Made by a program: the position numbers and the translations under genes | Shown: positions 1 to 9,297 of the stretch, in pieces | How positions within the stretch are numbered: the stretch's first letter is position 1 | How the letters are laid out: the number at the start of each line of letters is the position of its first letter | Source of the DNA: Dehalococcoidia bacterium | Lineage (GTDB): Bacteria > Chloroflexota > Dehalococcoidia > Lucifugimonadales > JADFKI01 | Reading direction: 5' to 3' | Length of the DNA: 64,000 nt | Assembly: GCA_965222145.1 (NCBI GenBank) | Contig: CBDCTG010000002.1 | Span: forward strand, 445,646-509,645 | Notes under the pieces: model-generated | The model's input: the letters and a program-made list of their open reading frames with translations, nothing else | Databases searched by the model: none | What the model was told of the DNA's origin: nothing

Positions 1-99
1 TGGGCAATCCGAAACTTCGAGATGCTCGACCAAATATCAACACCACTTAACCATTTCTACTATAGCAGAGTCTTCACTCGGCTGAACGCGGTGAAATGC

Positions 100-132
100 A
101 AAACGCCCCTCCACCGCGACGGCAGAGGGGCG
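100..132 (-). terminator. Rho-independent terminator downstream of the alcohol dehydrogenase gene
   Basis: 8-bp GC stem CGCCCCTC (104-111) / GAGGGGCG (125-132). On the minus strand it is followed by TTTTGCATTT. It lies about 50 nt past the stop at 184. Confidence 0.55.
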
Positions 133-183
133 CTTCCCTATCCTCTGTATCCTCCAATCCTGTTTGATTGACGAGACAGTCGG

Positions 184-1161
184 CTAGAGCGTCATCACCG
201 ACTTGATGACCTCATCCTCGCGGGCTTCGTACATGTCGTAGGCGCGCTGCACTTCGTCGAAGGGCATGAGGTGCGTTGCCATCTCACCCGGGTCCCACCA
301 GCCGCGTTCTTTCAGCTCAATCATCTTCTCGATGTGCGTGATGGCGTCGCCGCTGGTCGCGCCCTGCGTGGGTATGATCGTCGGAGCTTTTCGCAGGAAG
401 AGCGATGTGTCCAGCCGCGCCCTCTCCCCGGAGGCGTTCTCCTGTATGCCGAAGATTATGGTCTTGCCGAGGTTCTTCACCAGCCGCAGCGCCGCCTCTA
501 GCGTCTCGGCATAGCCTCCGGCCTCGACGGTGATGTCTGCGCCTTCGCCGCCGGTTAGCTCCAGCACCGCTTCGTCCAGATTTTCCTTCGAGGGGTTGAT
601 GGTATGAGTCGCGCCGAATCGCTTAGAGAACTCCAGTCTATAGTCGAACAGGTCGGCGGCGATGACCTTGCTCGCGCCTGCGCGGGCGCATATCGCGGTG
701 AAGGACAGGCCGATGGAGCCTTGCCCCATGACCAGCACATTCTTACCCAGTATTGTGCCCATCTGCTGGCAGGAGTAGAGGACGGTGCCGGACGGCTGGC
801 ACATTACCCAGCTAGTCAAGTCACCGTGGTCGGGAAGGGCTGCCATGCGCCCTTCGTCGCCGTTGATGTACTCCACGAGTCCGCCGCCAGTCCTGGGGCC
901 GGGCAGCACGATGACGCGCTGTCCGACAGAGAACTTGTCCGAGCGACTTTCGACGACTGTACCTGCCGCCTCGTGGCAGGGACCGCCGACACGCATTGGG
1001 TACTCTTCTTCAGGATGGACGGGGCCGTATGCGTGACGTATGTCGCTGCCGCAAACCGACCATGTTTCCAGCTTGATGAGACATTCGCCATCTATGATGT
1101 TGGGAATATCCACATCCTCAATCTCGAATCTCTTGGGTCCCGCAATTCGCGCTGCTCTCAT
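184..1161 (-). CDS. Zn-dependent alcohol dehydrogenase, MDR superfamily (threonine/sorbitol dehydrogenase-like)
   Basis: 338-aa ORF with the CGSDIRH zinc-ligand motif and a GQGSIGL Rossmann motif. I chose the internal ATG at 1161 (MRAARIAG...) because GGAGG sits 8 nt upstream; the ORF could extend to 1200. Confidence 0.85.
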   Translation of the reverse strand: MRAARIAGPKRFEIEDVDIPNIIDGECLIKLETWSVCGSDIRHAYGPVHPEEEYPMRVGGPCHEAAGTVVESRSDKFSVGQRVIVLPGPRTGGGLVEYINGDEGRMAALPDHGDLTSWVMCQPSGTVLYSCQQMGTILGKNVLVMGQGSIGLSFTAICARAGASKVIAADLFDYRLEFSKRFGATHTINPSKENLDEAVLELTGGEGADITVEAGGYAETLEAALRLVKNLGKTIIFGIQENASGERARLDTSLFLRKAPTIIPTQGATSGDAITHIEKMIELKERGWWDPGEMATHLMPFDEVQRAYDMYEAREDEVIKSVMTL

Positions 1162-1399
1162 CGTGATAACCTCCGTCTTTACTGTGGTACTTCTTGTCAT
1201 GTCCGCTATTGTAGGCTGTTACAGAAAGCCGCACTATACATTACGGCACAAGCGCGTCTATGACAAGTAATTGCCCCCGTATGAGAGAAGTGCAATCTCA
1301 AATTGTGCTTAAACTGATCGAACAGACCGATACGCGATTGACTTATGAGAAAAGCGTCCGGAAACTTCATGTGTAAGGCGATTACGCCTTCCAACAAGA

Positions 1400-1429
1400 T
1401 TGACGCTGCCTAGCGCGAGAAGATAAAAT
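1400..1429 (+). promoter_or_regulatory. Candidate sigma70-type promoter for the SWIM-finger gene
   Basis: TTGACG (1400-1405), 17-18 nt spacer, then ATAAAAT. About 75 nt upstream of the AGGAGGG RBS and the ATG at 1503. Confidence 0.35.
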
Positions 1430-1502
1430 TAGGGCGAATCAACACGAACTGCGTTGCAGAGAAAGCGGCGGCTCAGCAGCCGTCAGCATAGGAGGGTACT
1501 CT

Positions 1503-1745
1503 ATGGACTCGAGCCTCGTAAGGAAAATGGAAAAAGCCAAGGATTACGCCGCCCAGGAAGGGCGGGTTACGCTTATGAACTGTCAGGCGACATTCCGAGG
1601 CGACAATTCTGACCACGAAATTTCCTACGATTCGGGCAAATGGAGTTGCACCTGCTACTATTTCACTAGCCGCGAAGAGTGCAGCCACACCATGGCAATG
1701 CAACTTATGCTTAACAACATGGTGAAGGAAGCCGCCAGCAACTAA
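1503..1745 (+). CDS. Small stand-alone SWIM zinc-finger protein
   Basis: 80 aa. CxCx(n)CxH signature in WSCTCYYFTSREECSH. Strong AGGAGGG RBS directly upstream. Confidence 0.7.
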   Translation: MDSSLVRKMEKAKDYAAQEGRVTLMNCQATFRGDNSDHEISYDSGKWSCTCYYFTSREECSHTMAMQLMLNNMVKEAASN

Positions 1746-1833
1746 CACGACGACAGGGTTATATGGGAGGAGGGAACTTCTGTTACCCCTCATCCTACAT
1801 CCTGACCTTCTCCCACTAGGGAAAGGGTGTCTG

Positions 1834-3093
1834 TCAGTTTTCCTCGAATGCCCTGAATACCACGCAGGCGTTTTGCCCGCCGAAGCCGAAGCTGTTCGAC
1901 AGGACGGTGTTGATTTGCGCCTTTCGCGCCTTGTTGGGCACATAGTCAAGGTCGCAGTCGGGATCGGCGGTTTCGTAGTTTATCGTTGGATGGATGATGC
2001 CGTCCCGTATCGTCTTGATGCAGGCGACCGCCTCCAGCGCGCCTGCGCCGCCCAGCGCATGCCCTATCATTGACTTCGTGGAGCTAATGGGCACTTCGTA
2101 CGCGCCTTCGCCGAATACCGTCTTGATTGCCAGCGTCTCCACCATGTCGTTCTTGGGCGTGGATGTGCCATGCGCGTTGATGTAGTCGATGTCGGACGGC
2201 TGCATTCCCGCATCCTCTATAGCCCAGCGCATCGCGCGCGCGGCTCCTGCCCCGTCCTCGTCCGGCTGCACCGCGTGGAATGCGTCCGAGGACACACCAT
2301 AGCCTGAGACCTCGGCAAGGATTTCCGCGCCACGTCCCAGGGCATGTTCCAGACTTTCAAGTATTAGAATCGCCGCGCCTTCTGCCGGCACGAAGCCGTC
2401 ACGATTGGCATCGAACGGGCGGCTCGCCTTTTCAGGCGGCACTTCGCTCCGACTGAGCGCCTTGATGACGTTAAAGCCGCCAAGCCCAAGCTGGCAGATG
2501 CCAGCCTCGCAGCCACCGCCAAGCACTACATCCGCCGCACCTCTGCGAATCGCCTCCGCCGCCTCGCCTATACCTTGCGTGCCTGCCGCGCATGCCGTTA
2601 TCACGGTGGAAGTATATCCCTTAAGCCTGAACAGACGACTTACATTCGCCGCCGCCATGTTCGGCAGTATCATCGGAATGAAATAAGGGCTGACTTTCAT
2701 GCCGCCGCGCTTGAACAGTGTGCGCGCGTTGTCCTCAGTGGTCGGAAAGCCGCCGTTGCCGTTTCCCATGACCACGCCCATGCGCTCTTCGTCTTCGGAG
2801 GACAGGTTGATACCCGAATCCTCCAAGGCGAGCGCAGCGGCAGCCACCGCCGTCTGCGAGAAGCGAGCCATTCGTCGCGCTTCACGCGGGTTGATGTACT
2901 TGGAGGGGTCGAAGTCCGGTATCTCGCCGGCGACCTTACAAGGGTACTCCGTCGGGTCCGCTAGAGTCATGGGTCCAATGCCGGACTTGCCCTTCACAAG
3001 GCTCTTCCAGTATTCATCCACCGAATCGCCCAGCGGCGTAACCGCGCCCATGCCTGTAACGACGACTCGTCTTCTTCCGTTATACATTGTCAT
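1834..3093 (-). CDS. fabF: Beta-ketoacyl-ACP synthase II
   Basis: Catalytic-triad context: ITACAAGT (Cys), NAHGTSTP (His), KSMIGHALGGAG. AGGAGA precedes the MTMYNGRRRVVVTGMG start; the start is 3093 or 3087. The upstream part of the 447-aa ORF is not FabF-like. Confidence 0.92.
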   Translation of the reverse strand: MTMYNGRRRVVVTGMGAVTPLGDSVDEYWKSLVKGKSGIGPMTLADPTEYPCKVAGEIPDFDPSKYINPREARRMARFSQTAVAAAALALEDSGINLSSEDEERMGVVMGNGNGGFPTTEDNARTLFKRGGMKVSPYFIPMILPNMAAANVSRLFRLKGYTSTVITACAAGTQGIGEAAEAIRRGAADVVLGGGCEAGICQLGLGGFNVIKALSRSEVPPEKASRPFDANRDGFVPAEGAAILILESLEHALGRGAEILAEVSGYGVSSDAFHAVQPDEDGAGAARAMRWAIEDAGMQPSDIDYINAHGTSTPKNDMVETLAIKTVFGEGAYEVPISSTKSMIGHALGGAGALEAVACIKTIRDGIIHPTINYETADPDCDLDYVPNKARKAQINTVLSNSFGFGGQNACVVFRAFEEN

Positions 3094-3239
3094 TCTCCTA
3101 GGGATATATGACTTGCAGGAGAGGGAATTTACAGAACTTCGTCCTGTGCATTCAAAGTGCATTAGTACATTGTACACTTGTCAGCACAGTGTGTGGCGGG
3201 CGCCGCGGTTAATCGACTGACTGAAACCACTCAGTTCAG

Positions 3240-4655
3240 CTATCGCCGAGGCATGCTCATGTAGGGATACAGCTCCGGCGGTATGCCTTGCACTTCCTCC
3301 GTGATTTCGGCGGCTACGGACAGCGACCCCGTGCCAAGCACCAAGTCTTTCTCGCTTGCCATTTCAAGCGCCCTTCGCGCCGCCTCGCCCACATTCTCGG
3401 ATGTGAACACCACCTTCATTCCTAGTTCGCCTGCCACCTGCGTCACTGTCGCGCCCGAAGCCGATCGTGGATGCCTCGAATGTGTGGCAAGCACTTCCGG
3501 CGAAAGCGGCAACAACGCGCGCAGCATGCCTGTCGCGCTGTGACCGCTGAGCGCGCCGAATATCAGAATGAGCCGCTCATACGAGAAATGCTCCCGCAGC
3601 GCCTCAACAAGCCGTTCCATCGAGTAGGGATTGTGCGCGCCATCCACGACAAGGAGCTTGCCACCCTTGTCGGGCGTTGCGAGCACCTGCAAGCGCGCTG
3701 GCCAATGCACATCGCGGACGCCTCGCCTGATGCTGTCATCGTCCAGCTCAACGCCTCGTTTCCTGAGTGTCTCAGCGATGGCGACAGCGGTTGCGGCGTT
3801 CTCCATCTGGTAGTCACCAAGCAGCGGCGTCTCCAGTTCGTATGCGCTTTCCGCGCTCGTGAGCGTGAAGACTTGCCCGCACATGTCGAAGCGCCGCTTC
3901 TGCCACGAAGAGCGCTCTGCCACGGATAGCAGGGGCGCACCGCGCTGTTGTGCGACATCAGCTATTACCGCCATCGCCTCGTCGGTCTGTGGCGCGACGA
4001 TTACCGGCACGCCTTCCTTGATGATGCCGGCCTTCTCAAAGGCAATCTTAGCAACTGTGTCGCCGAGGGTCGCTGTGTGGTCGAGACTGATGGAGGTAAT
4101 GGCGCACACACGCGGCTTCACGATGTTCGTGGAGTCGAGCCGCCCACCTAGCCCGACCTCCATGACCTGGAAGTCGGCGCCAATATCGCGGAAGTGGACG
4201 AACGCCATCGCGGTCATCGCTTCAAAGGTGGTTACGCCGCCGTAGCCTCCCGAACTGCCTATCCGCTCCACGGTTGGCCAGATGCGCTCAACGACGGCGG
4301 CAAACTGCTGCTGGCTGATTGGCTGTCCGTTAACGCGGATGCGCTCTGTTGCGCTGTGCAGGTGCGGTGATGTGTAAAGCCCGACCTCGTAGCCCTGCGC
4401 CGTCAGGATCGAGGCAATCATCGCGGAGGTACTGCCCTTGCCCTTTGTGCCGGCCACATGCACGGTTGGCACGGCGAGGTGGGCGCAATCGAGTTGCTCC
4501 ATCAGCAATGTCATGCGTTCCAGGTGAAACGCAGCATGGCCCGGGCTGTGCGTAGAGCGCTCGAAATCCGCAAGCCCCATTACGCGCTGAAGCGCGCCGT
4601 CATAACTCAGTTGTACGCCGGACTGCATCACTCGGCACTCTTGCTTTTGGCTCAT
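3240..4655 (-). CDS. folC: Bifunctional folylpolyglutamate synthase / dihydrofolate synthase (Mur ligase family)
   Basis: GTKGKGST P-loop and FolC-like layout over the full length. Start is uncertain (4727, 4655 or 4628); the N-terminal 24 aa of the ORF look non-homologous. Confidence 0.85.
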   Translation of the reverse strand: MSQKQECRVMQSGVQLSYDGALQRVMGLADFERSTHSPGHAAFHLERMTLLMEQLDCAHLAVPTVHVAGTKGKGSTSAMIASILTAQGYEVGLYTSPHLHSATERIRVNGQPISQQQFAAVVERIWPTVERIGSSGGYGGVTTFEAMTAMAFVHFRDIGADFQVMEVGLGGRLDSTNIVKPRVCAITSISLDHTATLGDTVAKIAFEKAGIIKEGVPVIVAPQTDEAMAVIADVAQQRGAPLLSVAERSSWQKRRFDMCGQVFTLTSAESAYELETPLLGDYQMENAATAVAIAETLRKRGVELDDDSIRRGVRDVHWPARLQVLATPDKGGKLLVVDGAHNPYSMERLVEALREHFSYERLILIFGALSGHSATGMLRALLPLSPEVLATHSRHPRSASGATVTQVAGELGMKVVFTSENVGEAARRALEMASEKDLVLGTGSLSVAAEITEEVQGIPPELYPYMSMPRR

Positions 4656-4791
4656 CCGCCGGATTAGCGCAATAACGCAGGATGGACAGGATACGAGTTG
4701 ACTTCTCGTAGTTCCTGTCCATCCCATGTTAAACCTTCGCGGTCAGGCTGTCAGCCCCAAAAGTGTCTCCTAGAGCGTGCCAGACTATCTC

Positions 4792-6852
4792 TTAGAGTGT
4801 GAATGAAGGCACTGTCGGACGCTTCCTGCCATAGACTGCGGTGCCATTGGTCTTGCCTGTGCTGCCATTGGAGCCGTTCGCGCTGCCGTTTACCGGGCGG
4901 CGCGGCGCGATTCCGTTGTTGAATCCGTCGTGCGGAAGCAGACTGTTCACACGCTGGAACATGGACCCGGCGCTTTCGATTGACTCGTCACTGATCTCCT
5001 GCCGCAGCCGTGCGTGGTTTTCCAGCAGCCACGCCGCGGGCCGGTACGAATCGAAGTGTCCGCCCGCAATCTTATCCATCTCGAAATGTCTCTCAAGTCG
5101 TTGCACGATGCGCGGGTCCTTCGCCGAGATAGCCTTCATGGACACAGGCTCTCGCAATTCCATCCCATACGACTCGTTAACCAGCTTCAGGTAGAAAGAC
5201 GGATCGAGGATATCCTCGATGTCTGCGGTGCGGATTTTCTGCACCTCCACCCACTTCACCGGAGTATTGCGCTGGATGACGCTATTCTGGTTGATCAACT
5301 CCATCTTCGCCTTGTTCTTCGGGGTGACATCCATCATCACGGCGACGCTGACATAACTCTCGCCGAGCAGCGATACGAACATTGGCAGATTGTCGGAGTT
5401 GCCCACCGGAATGACGACCCAACGGGGGTCGAGGCGCTGGAAGCCCTTGCTGGCGCAAATCTCACCCAGTATCTGCAGGTATATCAGGTCCGACGCCGAG
5501 TTCACCATGAGGCAATGCGGCGCGAGGAAAAGCATGTGCGCCAGGTCATGCCCGAGCGCTACCTGCAGCGGGAAGATCGTATCCTGGTCATTGCTCAGGG
5601 TGTCGGAGCTGATTACCGTGCCCCTATCGTCCACGTCCTGCACCGTGCGTATGCGATCGAGATGGTTCAGGTTAATCATGAACGGCGAGTGCGTGGTGTA
5701 GATGACCTGATGCTTGGGCGCGAGCCGCTCGTCGATGAATCGCAGGAAGTCGTGCTGTGCCAGAGCATGCAGGTTCAAGCCCGGCTCGTCCAGCAGCAAC
5801 ACAAGGTCGCAATCCTCCTGCTCTTCGATGCTGGAGAAGTATGTCAGGAACGAGAAGAACCAGACGAAGCCCTTCGATCGGTCGTCGAAAGGCACCGAAA
5901 CACGGTGCCGGTTGTTCCAGATGCGGACATGCAGGATTGTACCTTCGTTAAGTGGGGGCACATCGTTAGGGTCGGCGGGCGACAGGTCGAACTCAACGCG
6001 GAGCTCCGTATTCTGCGCCCAGTACTCGAACATCTCGTCGGAGATGCTGATGGACGCCGATTCAAGCTCAGCCTTCATGTATTCATAGTTCGTCTGATGC
6101 TGCAGGTCCTCAAGGTCGGCGCCCACCAGCGATATCAACGACATAAAGGTGCGGTCCGACTCATCGAACTCATCACCCGCCTGCACGCGCCTGCTCATGT
6201 CCTGCATGGAGATTCTCCCGCGCATGGTGCTGTACTCGTCAAAGTACACGAACTTCGGCATCATCGCGAACAGAACTTCTTCGACTACTTCCCTTGCGGA
6301 CTTCTCACCGAATCGCTCGTACATCCGCGTGATGAGCCTGCCAACCGCAACCGGCTTTACATCCAGCGCCTCCAACAGGCTGAGCATTTCCTTCACGCTG
6401 CCGGCGCTGCCTGCATGGCTGGTGATTTCGGGCGGCAACTCAGCGCTGCTCAGCAAATACTGGACGATGGCGCTCTCGTCCATCTCAAAATCCCACATAA
6501 GTTCGTTCTTGTAGTTCTTAGAGACCGTAATCTCCTCCGAAAGCAATACCCCGTCCCCAATGTGCTCCGCCAGCAGTTCAAACTCATCCTCTGACAGCGT
6601 CATTATCGCTGTGACGGCGGTGGCGGGATCGGATGGATGGCGCCTCCGATACCTGACATAGCCCTTGCGAGGGAAGTCCTTGAGTTCGAACTCCTGGCCG
6701 CCGTCAACGGGGTTGAGCCGCTTCAGAGCGCCGAGAAATGCCGTCTTGCCCGACTCGTTCTTGCCGACCATCGAGGTGACGGCATCTATATCGACCCAGC
6801 CGGAATCGTCAATGGATTTGAAGTCGGTTACCCGAGCGCGAACAAGTTTCAT
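4792..6852 (-). CDS. OLD-family-like ABC/AAA ATPase with a C-terminal TOPRIM-like region (possible defence gene)
   Basis: Walker A GKNESGKT. Signature/Walker B region LLLDEPGLNLH. D-loop/H-loop region YTTHSPFMIN. The C-terminal block CLMVNSASDLIYL ... VVIPVGNSDNL ... VAVMMDV has TOPRIM spacing. Confidence 0.55.
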   Translation of the reverse strand: MKLVRARVTDFKSIDDSGWVDIDAVTSMVGKNESGKTAFLGALKRLNPVDGGQEFELKDFPRKGYVRYRRRHPSDPATAVTAIMTLSEDEFELLAEHIGDGVLLSEEITVSKNYKNELMWDFEMDESAIVQYLLSSAELPPEITSHAGSAGSVKEMLSLLEALDVKPVAVGRLITRMYERFGEKSAREVVEEVLFAMMPKFVYFDEYSTMRGRISMQDMSRRVQAGDEFDESDRTFMSLISLVGADLEDLQHQTNYEYMKAELESASISISDEMFEYWAQNTELRVEFDLSPADPNDVPPLNEGTILHVRIWNNRHRVSVPFDDRSKGFVWFFSFLTYFSSIEEQEDCDLVLLLDEPGLNLHALAQHDFLRFIDERLAPKHQVIYTTHSPFMINLNHLDRIRTVQDVDDRGTVISSDTLSNDQDTIFPLQVALGHDLAHMLFLAPHCLMVNSASDLIYLQILGEICASKGFQRLDPRWVVIPVGNSDNLPMFVSLLGESYVSVAVMMDVTPKNKAKMELINQNSVIQRNTPVKWVEVQKIRTADIEDILDPSFYLKLVNESYGMELREPVSMKAISAKDPRIVQRLERHFEMDKIAGGHFDSYRPAAWLLENHARLRQEISDESIESAGSMFQRVNSLLPHDGFNNGIAPRRPVNGSANGSNGSTGKTNGTAVYGRKRPTVPSFTL

Positions 6853-7113
6853 GTCTCCTCCTGATTACCCCTGATTGGCGTGTCTGAACGCCTTTCTAAC
6901 CTATTGCTGTGGCCAATGTGTCGTATGGCGCTTTTGCAGCTGACACATAGACCACGCAGGCGTATTTCGTGTATCGTGAACAGAGGTTATCCAAGTAAAA
7001 AGGCAATACGCAAGGCGTTTATGGTGTTTCAGTTAGCCAGTTTGACAATCAGTATTATATCTAAAATACAGAACATTCTTGTTTTATTGATCAGCGGGCG
7101 TAAGGGGTAATTC

Positions 7114-8109
7114 ATGAAAGTAGGCATAGCAGGATTGCGTGCTCCTGGGGGGTCTTGGCAGGACACGCTGCGGTTAGCGAAGTTGGCCGATGAGCTTGGC
7201 TACAGCTGTATCACGATGGGCGAGGCGTGGGGCGAGGACGCCTTCACATCGCTGGCGCAGGTGGCGGCAGTCACCGAGCGAATACGCATCGGCACCGGCA
7301 TCGTGCCCGTATTCGCGCGCTCGCCGTCCAACATAGCAATGACCGCTCTCAATATGGACCTGATGTCCGAGGGGCGCTTCTTCCTGGGACTTGGCGCAAG
7401 CGGCAGGCTGGTCATCGAGGACTTTCACGGCGAGGAATTTCGCAAGCCGTTGGCTCGCATGCGCGAATATATAAGCATCATCCGCAAGGCGGCGGCAGGC
7501 GAGCGTCTGGATTACAGCGGCGAGTTTTTCAAGTTACAGAGATTTCATATACGGTTTCAGCCTTACCGTTCAGAGTTGCCCATTTACATCGCGTCGCTAA
7601 CTCAGCCGAGCCTGCGACTCACAGGCGAAGTCGCGGACGGCTGGCTACCCATATTCCTTGCACCCTCACGCATGGAGCCGCTCATAGCGGACATCGAAGA
7701 GGGCGCGCAAGCCGCGGGACGGTCGCTAGACGACATCTCCATCTGCCCGCAGGTGTCCATATATGTTACTGACGACGTGGACGAAGCCCGGCGTCGCGAG
7801 CGCCCCCACATTTCGTTCTACATTGGTGGGATGGGCGAGTTCTACCATCGGTACATGCACCGAATCGGGTTCGGAGCGCAATCCGACGAGGTTCGACAGG
7901 CGTATCTCAACCGCGAGCGGGATGTGGCGGCATCGCTGGTGACGAACGAGATGGTTGACTCTACGACCATCATAGGGACACCGGAGGAGTGCCGCGAGCA
8001 GATGCAGGAATTCTTCGACGCAGGCGTGGACGAGATACGCCTCGTATTCAACGAACCGGATGTGGAGTCGTACATTGCGACGATGAAGGCGGTCGCGCCG
8101 GGACAGTAG
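7114..8109 (+). CDS. LLM-class (luciferase-like) F420/flavin-dependent oxidoreductase
   Basis: 331 aa. Typical LLM N-terminus (LAKLADELGYSCITMGEAWGEDAFTSLA ... RIRIGTGIVPVFARSP). Confidence 0.8.
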   Translation: MKVGIAGLRAPGGSWQDTLRLAKLADELGYSCITMGEAWGEDAFTSLAQVAAVTERIRIGTGIVPVFARSPSNIAMTALNMDLMSEGRFFLGLGASGRLVIEDFHGEEFRKPLARMREYISIIRKAAAGERLDYSGEFFKLQRFHIRFQPYRSELPIYIASLTQPSLRLTGEVADGWLPIFLAPSRMEPLIADIEEGAQAAGRSLDDISICPQVSIYVTDDVDEARRRERPHISFYIGGMGEFYHRYMHRIGFGAQSDEVRQAYLNRERDVAASLVTNEMVDSTTIIGTPEECREQMQEFFDAGVDEIRLVFNEPDVESYIATMKAVAPGQ

Positions 8110-8267
8110 TCGCGTCTGTCGAGCTTTCTGTCTGTCAGACCATCAGTGGGGCAGGAGCAGACAGGATGGATAAGACAGCACTTTCCCGATCAGTCTATCT
8201 CACTTCAGCCTAGGTTCTATTGAAACTCGATGCACAAAGCGTTTCAGACCTGAAGAGCAAGATTATT

Positions 8268-8309
8268 CTGTCATTCTGAACGCAGCGCAGCGGAGTGAAG
8301 AATCTAAAA
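8268..8309 (+). repeat. 42-nt extragenic element CTGTCATTCTGAACGCAGCGCAGCGGAGTGAAGAATCTAAAA
   Basis: Identical by eye to 29340-29381, which is the terminal unit of the 30-bp tandem array. Confidence 0.8.
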
Positions 8310-8388
8310 ATCGTTGTACATGCGGCAATTTCCCATCACGCAAGATTTCTCGCTTCGCTCGAAATAACAGGAATAATGAGGGCTAAAT

Positions 8389-8409
8389 TCAAAATGTCAA
8401 CACACCCTA
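8389..8409 (+). repeat. 21-nt repeat TCAAAATGTCAACACACCCTA (copy 1)
   Basis: Exact second copy at 13077-13097. Confidence 0.7.
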
Positions 8410-8410
8410 A

Positions 8411-9166
8411 TCACTCTCCCCGATAATTCGGCTGACGCCGCTCAAGGAACGATGCGATGCCATCAGCGCGGTCGGCTGTGGATTGCAGGATGACGGTGAG
8501 GTCGGCTTCGAGGCCGAGTCCCTGTGCCAGCGTCATGTCCGAGCCTTTGAGCAGCGTCTCTTTGAGATAGCGTGCGGCTATGGGTGCGTGCGAGGCGATG
8601 GTTTTGGCGAGAGACATGACGTATTCGGCTGCTTCTTCGCGCTCGGCGACATGGTTCACCAGTCCAATATCCATCGCTTCCTGTGCGTCCACCAACCGCG
8701 ATGTGAGTATCATAGCGGTGGCGCGACTCTGCACGATGATGCGGGGCAGGCGCTGAGTGCCGCCGTCCCAGGGAATGATGCCGGACGCCAAGTGCGTCAG
8801 TCCAAGCCGCGCGTCCGACGCCGCCACGCGCAGGTCGCATGCCAGCGCAAGCTCAAGACCCTGATCTATGGCGTCGCCGTTGATGAGCGCAATGGTTGGC
8901 TTCTCGATGGCGGCTACGGCTTCGCTCACACGCAGGCGCGCGAACTCGTCCGGCATAGGCGAATCGCCCTCAAACTCTGTGCCGACGCAAAAATCGCCGT
9001 CACCCGTGCCATCTCCAGTAATGACGCACACACGCACATCGTCGTCTTGCCGAACGCGCTCGCATGCGTCACGCAGACGCTGCGCCGTCTGCTCGTCGAT
9101 GGCGTTGCCCGCATCGGGACGGTCCAGCGTGATGGTTGCGATATGGTCCTCGATCGACAGGTGCAT
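8411..9166 (-). CDS. Enoyl-CoA hydratase/isomerase (crotonase family)
   Basis: MHLSIEDHIATITLDRP ... ALINGDAIDQGLELALACDLRVAS, a typical crotonase fold signature. A GTG at 9184 is an alternative start. Confidence 0.85.
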   Translation of the reverse strand: MHLSIEDHIATITLDRPDAGNAIDEQTAQRLRDACERVRQDDDVRVCVITGDGTGDGDFCVGTEFEGDSPMPDEFARLRVSEAVAAIEKPTIALINGDAIDQGLELALACDLRVAASDARLGLTHLASGIIPWDGGTQRLPRIIVQSRATAMILTSRLVDAQEAMDIGLVNHVAEREEAAEYVMSLAKTIASHAPIAARYLKETLLKGSDMTLAQGLGLEADLTVILQSTADRADGIASFLERRQPNYRGE

Positions 9167-9297
9167 GATTGGGAATGGTAACACGGATGCGCGGGCCGTA
9201 CAGGAGCATTGGCAGGATCATAGGCTGGAATACAGCCACTCCCCTATTCTGCCCTGCCCGAGCAGGGGAGTGGTTTCTAGGTAAGCTGCCCGTTCTG

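Noticed and set aside
5014-6594. Long antisense ORFs opposite confident genes: 5014-6594 (526 aa), 604-1263, 8483-9181, 16453-17223, 17493-18104, 20142-20771, 58340-59098
   Set aside because: They lie antisense to genes with clear family signatures. They are Arg/His/Leu/Val-rich with no recognisable motifs, which is typical of shadow ORFs in GC-rich DNA.
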